A stretch of DNA of 61,810 nucleotides, the filler included, from Dugesia japonica (taxonomy: Eukaryota), in assembly GCA_001938525.1 (NCBI GenBank). It is 5 parts of 5 records of this genome, joined end to end, with 100 filler letters (N's around TTAATTAATTAA, not from the genome) between each part and the next. Parts side by side here need not be neighbours in the genome. Positions count along the whole stretch, not along the records: positions 23,944 to 39,014 come from MQRL01608408.1; 4 more parts are not named here. The stretch is one strand, 5' to 3'. A program made the position numbers and the translations under genes. Below the pieces are notes generated by a model. That model did not search any database. It was not told where the DNA came from and was given only the letters and a program-made list of their open reading frames with translations. Within the stretch, counting starts at the first letter, position 1, and every line of letters starts with the position of its first letter. This document shows, piece by piece, positions 26,761 through 39,114 of this stretch.

Positions 26761-27450
26761 TTTGGTACAAAACATCCGGGTACTATTGATATATTAAATT
26801 TTTTCTCTAATTGATTATTTGATTCGAAAAAATAGGTATTTTTGTTACGGAACCCAATTTTACGGGCATTATACATTTGCATGAATATTCTATTTTTGCG
26901 TTGGACCTTAAATATAAATCGTAATTTGCTTTTTTATTATTTACGGGAGTTGATTTTGGTAGTCTATTATTTTGTAAATCTATAACGAACCCTGTTAACT
27001 TTGATAATAAATCCATCCCAAAAATACTAATCTTGCACCCCTTGATCTACAGCTCGGAATGAGTGTTGTATATTTTTATTTTCTAAGATGACGTTACAAT
27101 CTATTATCCATTTTATACGTAATTTATGACCCGTGAATGATTTTAATTCCTCTGACAGTCTTGTATCAAGATTCTCTTGTTGTTTCTTGTTAAGAAATGT
27201 CTCTTTGTTGGGTATTTAAACTCAACACAGAGATTTTATGGTTCGTGATTTTAAACTATTGTATGATAATATGTGTATTATTTTGCGGATATTGGTTTTC
27301 CCTTTGGTATGTTGATACAATATTATATACTAGATATTTTAATAAAAACGTATAAATATGGTAATATAGTGTAATCGTTTTCCTATATAAATAAATAAGT
27401 AATTCACATTTTAATATTTATTTTTGGTGTATAAAATATAAACGTATTAG

Positions 27451-28083
27451 TTACAATGCTAAGCGCAGTAATTTAATTTGACAGAAGACTGCTGGAGTGG
27501 ATACCGTGTTAATCGTAAAAGATAAAATTCGGATTTTTATACCATCCGGTAAGAATGTAAAACAGGTGTTAGGGTGGAGGGCTTTATTTATTCTAATGGT
27601 GCGTATGTTGCTTATATATCCTCCTATTCGAAATGGAATATCTAGTGATGTGTGCCTTAATAGAACTGCCGTTTGTTCGACATTCAAGAATGTCTTGGGG
27701 TATTTCGCTGTTTGATACACTAAATTACAATTTGGCATGTTGACACCATGGGCAATAAGGTTATATTTATCTGGGTTCTTCATCTGATTGGTAAATTTTT
27801 CGGTAAATTCGTATTTATCCATAATCTTAATTTCATTCAAAAAATGGGCTCTTTCGGATTTTAATAATGTTATCAGCCTACTTTTTTGCTTCGCTGGGAG
27901 TGTACCATAACTTATTGTGCGAATGTCGTTGTTGATCTGTTTGATTGATATGGCATCACGTTGTATACATATTGTAGAATATTCACTGATGGGGTCACCT
28001 CTATCGGGAGTGTCTACTTGTTGTAATATGGGCATAAGATGGGGAAATCTGATGTTATTATTCTGTGGCATTTTAATTAGCAA
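27451..28083 (-). CDS. Retroelement accessory ORF of unknown function (210 aa, uninterrupted)
   Basis: Long open frame, GC-richer than its flanks, lying between protease 1 and protease 2; weak helicase-C-like motifs. Confidence 0.55.
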   Translation of the reverse strand: MLIKMPQNNNIRFPHLMPILQQVDTPDRGDPISEYSTICIQRDAISIKQINNDIRTISYGTLPAKQKSRLITLLKSERAHFLNEIKIMDKYEFTEKFTNQMKNPDKYNLIAHGVNMPNCNLVYQTAKYPKTFLNVEQTAVLLRHTSLDIPFRIGGYISNIRTIRINKALHPNTCFTFLPDGIKIRILSFTINTVSTPAVFCQIKLLRLAL

Positions 28084-28200
28084 GGTGAATGGTACAAATT
28101 ATTGAGAATGCGGCTCCAGTGTCTGTTAATGAAGGTATGTTATGTCCATTTATTGATATTATCATGGTGGATCTAGGAGTATCTCCATTAATAACATATA
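28078..28200 (-). pseudogene. Retropepsin (aspartic protease 1) N-half, following the glycoprotein
   Basis: MIISINGHNIPSLTDTGAAFSIIC; DTG at 28115-28123. Confidence 0.8.
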
Positions 28201-28453
28201 TCTCGTGTGATTTTTTAGGCGCGGTATATCTTATTAATTTTTCGTTTTCAAGATTTGATTTTAAGTCATTAAGTTTATTTGTTTTAGATTGCTAAGGATT
28301 ATTGTCGTAATTACTTAATTCTATATTTTCATCTCTGTTTGATAAGTCATTTGTGTATGTTTGATTGTGTCTTTCTAATTTTCTAATTTTATCGTGGTGT
28401 TTTTGAATAATTAAATATTTTGCGATAAATGGACATATACATTCTGCTAATTT

Positions 28454-29430
28454 TTATGTAGTACCAAATACTGAATGTAATTGTTTTAGTGATATTAGTT
28501 GATGACATTCTAATTTTAATAGAATAGACATATAATATATTATTAGAAAAAACGAAAATATACCACCGATTGCTTGTGCTTTGACTAAACATTTATCGAT
28601 AAAACCTTGTATAGCTCTTTTGTAGTGATCTATGAGTAATAACGACTCAAAATTACTATCATCTGCTTGCTCGATCATTATCAATATTGTTTTTTCTCTT
28701 ACTATAAGAAACAAGACATGTTTTCTGGTCTTCTCTATATCCTCTTGAGTATACATGCCAGTATTTTCCATATTATATTCTATCAAATATCATTCTTTTT
28801 TGGAGTTCCATCATCTCCAATGAAGTGTGATTCAAACATCATTATTTATTTTGTATAATGAGTCAAGAATATTACTACATTTGTTACTTTCCTTTGGTTT
28901 ATAGTTTTCATCCGTTAAAATTCGTGTCACAGGTAATAGAAAGACGTTTTTATTATTATGTATTCCAAGCAGTTCATTTGTACCTTTTGTACCATTAATG
29001 TAACATTTGCTATTTTACATTTAAAAGTTAATAGTGCTTCATCCACAATTCTCACAAAGGTTCCAGTTTCCTCAAAAAATAATGGAGTCATTAAATCAGG
29101 ATTAGTAGAGGTTAGTACCATTTTTGTGCCCGCAATTCTCTGTTTATTTTACAATCTTTTGATATTGTTTCATCATATAATTTTTCCATTGGATTTATCA
29201 AATTATGATATGCAAAATCAAGTTTTTTTATTAAAATATGAAGCTAGTTTGATGTCTAATTTATCTACTTGATCTTTCGAGGCTTTGATGAGTTCGGTAG
29301 ATATATATGAGCCGTTATAATTGGTCTTTTTTACTACGGCTACACATTTGATCGTTTCTCCTTTGTCAATAAATCTCATAAAGTCTTTTGAAGAATTTTT
29401 TACATATATTGTAAGAGTTGCTTTCTACTG
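28454..29430 (-). pseudogene. Chuvirus/herpes gB-like (class III) envelope glycoprotein, C-terminal half with TM segment
   Basis: Across frameshifts: KCVAVVKKTNYNG, DIKLASYFN.KLDF, LYDETISKDCKINRE, NPD...GTFVRIVDEALLTFKCK, VFLLPVTRIL, GMYTQEDIEKTRKHVLF, IGGIFSFFLIIYY. This follows the chuvirus G motif order as recalled. Confidence 0.75.
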
Positions 29431-30229
29431 TACTACAGTAGGTAGATCCTAGCGCACATAAACACCCCCCTCAAGGTCAAATTTTTAATTTACAAGATCA
29501 AATAATGTTGATAATATAAACAGTTCACCCATTATACAAGATGAAATAATCAAATAATGTTATCAAATATTCGAATAATGTTATTGATTTGTTTTGATTT
29601 GAATTGAATTGATTTGGCTTGAATATGTAGTATAATTGGCTTGATTGACTAGAATATATTCTGTATGTTGTGTGTGTATGCTTATCATGGGTTTGTGTTT
29701 GAGATGTGAATGTGCAAAATGTGTTTTAATTGTGAATGTATGTGTTTTAATATTGATTTTAGTTTTGATTTTCCACAACACAAAGACGGCCTCCTCAGTA
29801 TAAACGCAATCTGGTTCCGCAATCTTCTGTCGTTATATTCCTTCCAGAGAGTCTTGGTATTGGTGAGCACAGAAACTTCTCGGTTCGCGTAGCTATTTAT
29901 AATATTGGCTAACATTCTATTGTTGTTAATCAACGCCAACGGGCGCCTGTGGATTACACTTAATCTTTCAAGCAGCGTTGATATTTTCCGTTTGATTATT
30001 GTATTCTCATCTTTCCCGTCTTTTAGCTCTTTTCTAAATATTTTTACTTCGGGGTTACTGTTTTGTTGTTCAATGAATAGCTCTTCTCGGAAGGGCTTCG
30101 TGATCTATGTAGACATACTTAATGATAAGAACAGAATAAATTATATACATCCATATTTGATATTGTTCGATAATTTAATTTTATATTAATTCTTGAAAAA
30201 TATTTTAGAACTATCAGTAATTTCATTAA

Positions 30230-33200
30230 CTTATTTCATCAAAGAAAAAACTGATATATTTTCTTACCGAATATCACTTCTTCTAGACTTATCCTCAAAG
30301 TCTTTTGACTTGTTGCATTTAGTGTATATTCAATTTCTGGTATTAACTTTGCCCAATTTTTATTCTTGTTATCTTTTAATGTTGCATTGATGTAATCTCT
30401 GATCGTTCTGAATTGCCGCTNNNNNNNNNNNNNNNNNNNNNNNNNNNNNNNNNNNNNNNNNNNNNNNNTTATATTCATTGAATCTGTCATCTCTTTGAAG
30501 GCTTTCGATTCGAAGGTCTTCCCACAATCTACACGTATCTCTTTTACGGCAACAAATATCAGTATCCATATATTCATAATCGTTTTCTTTATTGATTCCT
30601 CATCTTGTTTAACTAGGGCTGCTAAATTTATCTATTATGACACATATATATCTTTATCTTCCTACGGTTTCTTGAAATGGCACACAGATATCAATATAAA
30701 TACTCTCAAANGGTTCATTAGCCTTTAATTTTATAGTTTCCTCCTTTGTTCTAACTGTTGTTACTTTGTTCATTTGCCACGCTGTACATTCTTTAAATAC
30801 TTTAGACATAGTGTCTCTCAAATCTTCCATATCATATTCATTTTTAAATAATTTATGCATTTTTCCGTACCTGCGTGCATCAATAAATTATGCCTTTTTT
30901 TACCATTTGAACTTTCTTTTCTGACGGGATCTATATGTTGCCGTCTTTTGTTTTTATTATATCTTCTATAAATCGAAACTTTTTACATGTTTCATTTTTC
31001 ATATCATTCTTTATCTGTTCAATTTCTTCTACGTTACTTTGCCATTTATAAGTATCTGAACTTGATATACCATTAATTGTTCTTGTCTTTATTTTTCCTT
31101 CCTTTGGACTCTCATGATCGGTTAAGCATTGTACACACGTACCACAATTCATTCTCAAAAGTATATTTGCATTCGTGTGTTTTGCGCCTTGTTTAAATTC
31201 CAAAACGATATCTAGCCTACTAAGAAAATTCATCCAAGTCTGAAATTGCGGAGTAATTGGCTAGTTTGTCTTTTTCATAAATGCTATCGCCTTGTGATCT
31301 GTTTTCACCAAAAATCTTTTTCCATACAAATAATGTTTAAAATGGTTATAAAAATAGTAATTGGCCTATAATTCCTTTCTTGTTATACAATATACTTTTT
31401 CATGAACTGAAATTGCATGTGACCCATATACAATGACTTGTTCTAAACCTTTTTCATTTTTTTGCAATAAAACTGCTCCANTTGCATCACAACTTGCATC
31501 TGTATCNAGTACAAACATCTTTATGATATCTGGAAAGCTCAATATCGGTGCTTTTATTAATGCCTCTTTCATCTCATTAAAAGCTTTATCACAATTTTCA
31601 GACTTCACAAGTTTTTCATTATTACTTCCACATAGCTCTTCCAAGCTTCTAGCTTTCATTGAGTAATTATTGATAAATCGTCTATAGTAATTGCATATTN
31701 NCATAAAGCTTCTTAAGTTCTTCACACATTTAGGTCTTCACAAATTTTTTATCGCTTCAATTTTAGTTGGATCAGTTTGGACTCCATTCTTATCTATGAC
31801 ATGTCCTAAATATTTGACTTCTGCTTGCAATAAATGACCTTTTCTGGATTAATTCTCTATCCTGATTCTTTTAAAAACTTGGTCTAAAATTCTATAGTGC
31901 AGCTCTAAATCTTCTGAAAATATCAATATATCATCCATGTATACCATTCTTCCTCTCAATCTTCCTAATACTTTTTTCATTAATTCTTGAGACGTTTTAG
32001 ATGCTGCAGCTATACTGAAAGGCATTCTTGTGAAACAATACTGTCCATTTTTCGTAAAGAATGCTGTTTTCTCTTGTGAATCTTTAAGTGACTGGGCATC
32101 GGAAATGCCTGTCTTTCTGTGATTGCATTCAGTTTTCTAAAATCTAGACATAATCTAACGTCTTTCCTTTCTTTTTTCCAAACATATATTAACGGAGTGT
32201 TCCATTGCGAATTACACTTCCTAATAATGCCATTGTCAAAGAAATTCTTGATAGTTTCATCGATTTTATTCTCTAAATGCATTTATTGTCTCTATGGTTT
32301 CGTATTTATTGGTTTTCCATTTGTGATTATATGATGTTCTGCCATTGTTGTTCTGNNNNNNNNNNNNNNNNNNNNNNNNNNNNNNNNNNNNNNNNNNNNN
32401 NNNNNCGTATTTATTGGTTTTCCATTTGTGATTATATGATGTTCTGCCATTGTTGTTCTGCCGATATCCCAGTTGTCTGCAATGAATATTCCTTTAGAAA
32501 TCATTATAACTTTCTCAAAATTCTTGTTTGGCTTGTTAATCAATATTTTTATTGCTCTCTGTACTCTCTCTTTATCTGTTGTACTGCGTCCATGCTTTTA
32601 TCTTACAAAGATACATTTCATTGTCATCACATTTAGTCTCTCTCAGCAGTTGAAATCCAAACTGTTTTTGTAATTTTATTCCTCCAATTAGATCTGGGTG
32701 TATCTGCTTCACTACAATGAATTTAACTGTTTCGCTTTTATTCTCGAATTCCACTTCTACCTTTATCGTACCTACTATTTTGAGCGGACTATTATTGGCA
32801 CATCTTAAATTGTCTTCGCTTTTTAATATATTGACTTTTACCAATCTTTCTAGAATTCTCAAACTCATCACATTAACTCTGGCTCCAGTGTCTAATAAGC
32901 AATAAACNNNNNNNNNNNNNNNNNNNNNNNTTATACTTGGTCTACCTAGCATCTTGTCATAACTTATCTCTTGTCGCTTTATCTCTTCTATCATCAGAAT
33001 TTCACTTTCGAAATCTCCATTTATATCATTGATCATCTCTGGTTGGTCTCTTATCAATTCTTTCTTTACAAACTTGTAAACATTTTCNNNNNNNNNNNNN
33101 NNNNNNNNNNNNNNNNNNNNNNNNNNNNNNNNNNNNNCTCTGGTTGGTCTCTTATCAATTCTTTCTTTACAAACTTGTAAACATTTTCTTTTACATTATT

Positions 33201-34320
33201 GTACTCATCTATTCGTTTATCTTCGTTTCTTTTATTTATAACATTATTTATACTACTTTTACTATAATTAACTATACTGCAATTTTTCGGGATACTTAAT
33301 TCAACGATCCGACAATCTCGACTTCGGTCAGAGCTTGGCCATTTGTGTATTCGTCTTTATAAATATTTGATCCTTAATTACAATAGAGGCCTTTCTTATC
33401 TCTACATACACAATCTTTTCTATTTTCCTCAATTAAATTAACATGACTTCCATTCCTTCTTGTGTAGTTATTTGTAGTGTTCACACTTTTATTCTGATAA
33501 CTAAACTGTCTATTCATATTTGTGTAACAGTCCTCTGTGTGATGACCTTTCTTGTTGCATCTTGAACAGCAAAATTTGGTCCAGTCTTTTCTCAAGTGTT
33601 GTTCAAATCCACAATCCACTTTTCTTTTCTTTCTTGACAATTGCTGCTTATATGATCTATATTGTTACAGGTCCAACACGTTATTTCTCGTCGTTCGTTG
33701 TTTCTGTTCTGTTGCATTCCTATATTTCGACTCTTGTTGAAATTTGTTTGTTCTGGACTTCGGCAAAAAGCATCTCTCTAGTTACGAACTACATTTATTT
33801 CTTCAGTTTTTACTTCTTCCTTTATGTCTTCACACTCTTTTAATGTTTTAAATACATTGTCTACTTTTTCTATTTTTCCAGATTTGATTTTGTCTTTAAT
33901 CTTTCTGTCGTTGCAANTATTCATTATTAGCTCTTTTTTTAAGTTCTCGTTGTTCCATTTATTAGCCATTAACTTTTCTACCAATCCTTCAATCTTTTTC
34001 TTATAGATATTTATATGCTCTCCATTCCTTTGATAATTTAGAGCTTCTTCCATACCTTTATTCATTGTTGATGGCCTAAAGAAAGCCTTTCTGAATCTTT
34101 CTTCAAATCCCAATGATTCGCATTTATTTACACAGATTTCACACAGTTCTTTATCTATGAAAGCAACTACAAACAAACTCCTGTGGCCTTTCTTTATTCC
34201 GGTTCTATCAAAATATTTCGTTGTATTTAAAATAAGTTTTTTGACATCATTGCCCGATTTGAAAATCCCAGGGTTCCTGGCTTCTTTTAGCAAATCCAAT
34301 AATACGTTGGCACCCATATT
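30230..34320 (-). mobile_element. Ty3/Gypsy element, family A, degenerate gag-PR-RT-RH-IN
   Basis: gag 33778-34317; knuckle CSRCNKKGHHTEDC; protease CLLDTGARVNVMS; RT RLCLDFRKLN, MVYMDDILI; RNase H DTDASC; integrase RVDCGKTF, WAKLIPEIEYTLN. Confidence 0.93.
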
Positions 34321-34639
34321 AGTTTAATTCAAATCTTCGCAACTCTCCATAAATTGTATTTATTGCAACAAATGTTTTTGATTAAAATAAAAATAATGTC
34401 AAGAATAATTCATAGTATTCAAACAAATAATCTGAAAAATCTTTTAATAAAATAATATAAAAATATAGATTTTTTCATTTTATGAAATATTCTACTCTAC
34501 ATAATAATTTCATAAAATAAATTAAAAATAATCGATTTAATTTTATGAAATATTTAATTTTACATGTTTTTAAATAAATTCTAATATTATATATATAAAA
34601 ATTAAAGAAAGATTTCTCAGATATTTAAATCTATGAATG

Positions 34640-35990
34640 ATTCTTACATGAAGAAAACAATTAAACCAATTAGTTCACAGTTTCAGACATGAATTACAAA
34701 CCTGACAGAATTTTCAATTTCTTAAAGGCATTGATCATGGGAATGTTGATAGATTATCAAAAATAGGAGAATGTTTATGCACCAATGTTTGACGACTCAT
34801 CACGATGCAAAAGGTGAAAAATCTATAGTTAGAAGAATAAATATTGTAGAAAGCTGAAATTATGATAAAGAAACTATCATAAAAATTCAAAGTAATGATC
34901 AAATTACCAAAGAAATAATTTAATATATTAGACATAAAAGTTTCCAAGTTAGTAAAAATTTAAACAAAAGTAAATACTTAAGAGATATTGATAAATTGTT
35001 ATGGAAGATGATATATTGCTGTTTGTTGATACAAATACGAATAGAATTGTTTTAGCAGGTAAATCAGTGGTTGATTTAATAAATTACATTCATGAAGAAT
35101 TATATCACTTGGAAAGCGAAGAAATTAACTGACTATATTCAAATAATTTTTTTTGGTCAGATATGTTCAGAACAATTGAACATGAGCTTAATTTGCTATC
35201 AAAGCAAAACATATACAGGCAAAACAAAAGAATTTTTACTACCTCGAATCGAATTCGAAGCGTTAGAACAGATTGTCATTAATGTAGCTCATTTTGATGA
35301 ATCAAAGTTAAGCCTGTCAGCCATGGCAAAATAAGACAAAAAATCTGTAGTTGGATTAATAAAAGAGAAGTGGATAGGTTCGGCAAGCACAAATTCATAC
35401 TGACAGATAGAGGCAAGATATTCGAAGGAAAATTGATAAAAGAAATGACTCAGAAATTTGAAATTACCCACGAATTTTCGTCTCCATACCAACATTAATA
35501 AAGCATGTTGTCAAAAAGAACGATCAGGACTCCAAAAGATATGATTGTCACTACAATAAAATGTGGATATGAAGAAGTTAGTTGGGATAAGCTATTATCT
35601 CAAATTCAATTTTCAATTAATGTAACCCAACAAAAGACAATTGGAGTATCACCGTTTGGAATAATTTATGGAAGAAAAATTATGATTCATGGACCCTTAC
35701 TAAATATCCATACAAATACTGGTGAAGTTAGAATTAGTTGATAAAAATTTTAAAACTGCGGCACTAAAATTAAATGAATATGAATCAGATAAAAGAGTAC
35801 TTGAAGAGTGTTGAAGGCAAAGAAGTTCTAGTAAAGTTGAAACCTGACAATTTAAAGAAAAATGGATACAGATATGAAGGTCCTTTTGAAATATTTAAAT
35901 TTCTAAGCCCACATCAAGTGCTTTTAATTATTTTGGATCGAGAGGCTAAAAAACAGATGTTCAAAAAGATTAAGAAGGAGGGATGTTAGA
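34640..35990 (+). mobile_element. Ty3/Gypsy 3' pol remnant (RNase H end plus integrase), family B, with PPT and start of 3' LTR
   Basis: MKKTIKPISSQFQT*ITNLTEF matches the copy near 8520-8580; SWDKLLSQIQFSIN, YEGPFEI; polypurine tract AAGAAGGAGGGA followed by TG at 35984. Confidence 0.8.
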
Positions 35991-36099
35991 TATAATATTT
36001 AAACACATTTGTTTAAATATTATTGATTTATTTAATTTTAATAAACTTTGATAATTACGATGTCTACTTTTGAAATACAAAATCTAGCTCTTATTAAAA

Positions 36100-36480
36100 C
36101 TGACTTTTACGCGCTTAATCAAATTTGATATCCAGTTAATAGTGATGATTCAACTCGTACACGTCTAATGACTAGTTTTGTACCAAGAATTTCATACGTA
36201 GGTTCTCCAGTTGTTGATTCTAAACACATATTTGGAGATGCTCTTTTCATTCGAATGTGGACATTAACACCTGAAATAAGATATTTCGGTTGATCCATGA
36301 AAAAAGTTCTCATGATTGACATAGAGACCTTTTCTCTATTTACTTCTAATCCATATCCTATTGATGTGAAACCTGAGGCCTTCATGAGTTTCTTGTGGGG
36401 TCTTCGTAAAAGCTAGCTCTTGTATTAATTGATATTTGATTTAATGATGATTTATATTAAGATGCTGGTAAAATTTTCAT
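36100..36480 (-). pseudogene. Polinton/Maverick (adintovirus-type) major capsid protein fragment
   Basis: KYQLIQEL/FYED, then FFMDQPKYLISGVNVHIRMKRAS..CL..YEILGTKLVIRRVRV; fits the Maverick MCP pattern F.Q.K.L..GV...I...R...L.VRKV.V. Confidence 0.7.
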
Positions 36481-38269
36481 GGTACAAAACCGGTTCTTTT
36501 TTTATTTGTTTTGGAAAGAGGTAATATTTTTATTAGAATGCAGAAAATATTTTTACCTTTCTTATTAAAATTGATTTGTTAGTATTCGTTTAATGAGAAT
36601 GCAAATTAAAAAAAAANNNNNNNNNNNNNNNNNNNNNNNNNNNNNNNNNNNNNNNNNNNNNNNNNNNNNNNNNNNNNNNNNNNNNNNNNNNNNNNNNNNN
36701 NNNNNNNNNNNNNNNNNNNNNNNNNTTTTAAAAAAATGTTTATGATATTTTTAACAGAGATTACAACAATTTGAAAATATTTATGCATGCTTGGTTTTAC
36801 TTATTCACGGTGTTATTGTATTTCTAGAAAGTAGTAACTAGCAAGTGTACACTTGCTAGTTAAAAAGTTTGTTAAAAGGAATTTTTATAAAAAAAACTGA
36901 ATAGTTTGCACACGTAAGCTAAGTGGTAAAAGACGGTAATGAATAACAACAATAAAATATAAAAAAANNNNNNNNNNNNNNNNNNNNNNNNNNNNNNNNN
37001 NNTAATGCGGAATTGTAAATCATTTTGAACTTCTTCCACTCTATAATGAACTTAAGAAAATCAGTAAATTAATTAATTTCCGTTAGAAAATTAAAGATAG
37101 TACTCGAAAAACTAGATATATGATATTTCTTGCAAAATTTTATTTAACATTCATCGTCAGAGAAATAATTTAATAGCTATTCAAACCAGGGAGGAATATA
37201 TATATTTATCGGATTTCGGAATACTAGATCATTCATAAATACAGTTACAAAATAATAGAAAGGAATTAATTAAATGAAAAAAAGTCATGGACAAAAAATA
37301 GCTACACAAATCAGACCAAAATCAACTAATTAAATTAAAAGCTTCCATCAAAATTTGATTTTATAAAATATTTTATGTAGTTGATAGTATTTCGAAATAC
37401 TATCAACTACAAAAAATATTAAAAAAAAACAGCGTTTTGATCGAAGCTTTTATTTTAATGAATTCTCATAATTGATCAATAGTTAAGTCCAACAATTATT
37501 CTAGTAATAATTCTTGTAATTGTAAAAATCATATCCATTTTAAAAAATCTATAAATTATTATACTGTATTAGAAATTAATTAATAATTGTGATATTTTAT
37601 GTATTTTTGTTTTTCTTCACAAAAGAACAGGCAAAAGTAATTTCGTAATGGCATTTAAAAAATCGGCAAATATTCTTTGATTTTGTGTATTAAATAATTA
37701 CTGATTCATGTTGATTATTTTATCTGTTAACTTGAACATCATTTTTTATTTAAAAAAATNNNNNNNNNNNNNNNNNNNNNNNNNNNNNNNNNNNNNNNNN
37801 NNNNNNNNNAATTATTATACTGTATTAGAAATTAATTAATAATTGTGATATTTTATGTATTTTTGTTTTTCTTCACAAAAGAATAAGCAAAAGTAATTTC
37901 GTAATGGCATTTAAAAAATCTGCAAATATTCTTTGATTTTGTTTATTAAATAATTACTGATTCATGTTGATTATTTTATCTGTTAACTTGAACATCATTT
38001 TTTATTTAAAAAAAATGAAATATAATTTACCAGAGATATTTACAGTAGAACAGAACTATTGAATTATTTATTATAAATAATTAATAAATCTAATCGAAAC
38101 AGTAGAGAAATGTTGAATGTAATTTTAAATTTAACGCATTTTTCATAGTGTTTAAAAGAAATTTTTAAAAAAATGAGAATGGAAAAACTTTTTTTATTAA
38201 ATTTAACTTTATAAGATGTTTATAAAGTTATCTTAAATTGATATATCTATAGTTAAAAATAATTCTTTA

Positions 38270-39014
38270 ATGGTAACCCATTTGAGGACACTAATGTATC
38301 TTTCTCACTTCATAGGCTTGCCAACTCTCCCGTTTTTCCCGGGAGTCTCCAGGAACTGGATTTCATCTCCCGTCTCGGTGTTATCTCTGACTCTGGAGAT
38401 ATAATTCTCTCGTCTTTCCGTTTTTACAAGATTGTTTTGTTTATATATTTTTGGTATTAGTCCATCATATCGTTAAAATCACACACATCATTATCATGTG
38501 TAAGTTGTAACAGAGTTGTACACAAAAAAATGAAAACCACGTTTTATATTTGCTAAGCGTTATAAATTATAATGATTGCAATTTTATAATCTTCCGGGTT
38601 CGAGGTTGTATGTGCTGGCAACCCTACTTGTTCACCTAAATCCAAGTATATTTGCAACAACCTNCAGTGCACTACAGAATTCTGTTTATGGTGGTGTGTC
38701 AAACAGTAATTTCTACACTTTAATATTTAGAGGACTTAGGTGCTCAACTGCTTCTGATAGATCACTAAGACAATCATGGATATCATTGGGAAAAACTATA
38801 TCCATCTTTAATGAATATCCATATGACAACGAATCCAAGTCCATTCTCTTATATTTTTATAACATCTGATAGAAACATAAATGAACCCATTCAAAATCTT
38901 TATAGAACACTTTCTGACTCAATACCTAGCTATATAGATCATTGATAACCATGTACAAAAGCTATGTATTTGCATTAGATGTGACATGATGTTTGTTAAA
39001 AATTGTGATTCCCC
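38270..39014 (-). pseudogene. Second pPolB fragment (Polinton/Maverick), interrupted by a MITE
   Basis: GITIFNKHH, LLYMVINDLYS*VLSQKVFYKDFEW, GYSLKMDIVFPNDIHD, KQNSVVH.RLLQIYLDLG|VRKIH. Confidence 0.75.
38313..38626. mobile_element. hAT-type MITE
   Basis: TIRs TAGGCTTGCCA(A) and (C)TGGCAACCCTA, TCTCCCG subterminal repeats, partly conserved TSD ending TTCA. Confidence 0.75.
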
Positions 39015-39114
39015 NNNNNNNNNNNNNNNNNNNNNNNNNNNNNNNNNNNNNNNNNNNNTTAATTAATTAANNNNNNNNNNNNNNNNNNNNNNNNNNNNNN
39101 NNNNNNNNNNNNNN
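39015..39114. other. Artificial contig spacer
   Basis: N44-TTAATTAATTAA(39059-39070)-N44. Confidence 0.95.

Larger units (their letters stand above)
23944..30180 (-). mobile_element. Deleted, degenerate Ty3/Gypsy element (copy 1) with upstream gB/chuvirus-like glycoprotein and post-integrase signal-peptide modules
   Basis: Minus-strand order: small ORF, glycoprotein, protease (LTDTGAAFS), unknown domain, second protease C-half, RT thumb/RNase H (MTDASGYAVGAV, TDHKPL), integrase (HDGALGGH, YHLQTDGLVERFN), then signal-peptide modules. Confidence 0.85.

Noticed and set aside
37553-38015. About 200-bp direct repeat
   Set aside because: Near-identical copies sit on either side of an N gap, most likely haplotype or assembly overlap. 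The same applies at 32300-32460 and 33037-33190.
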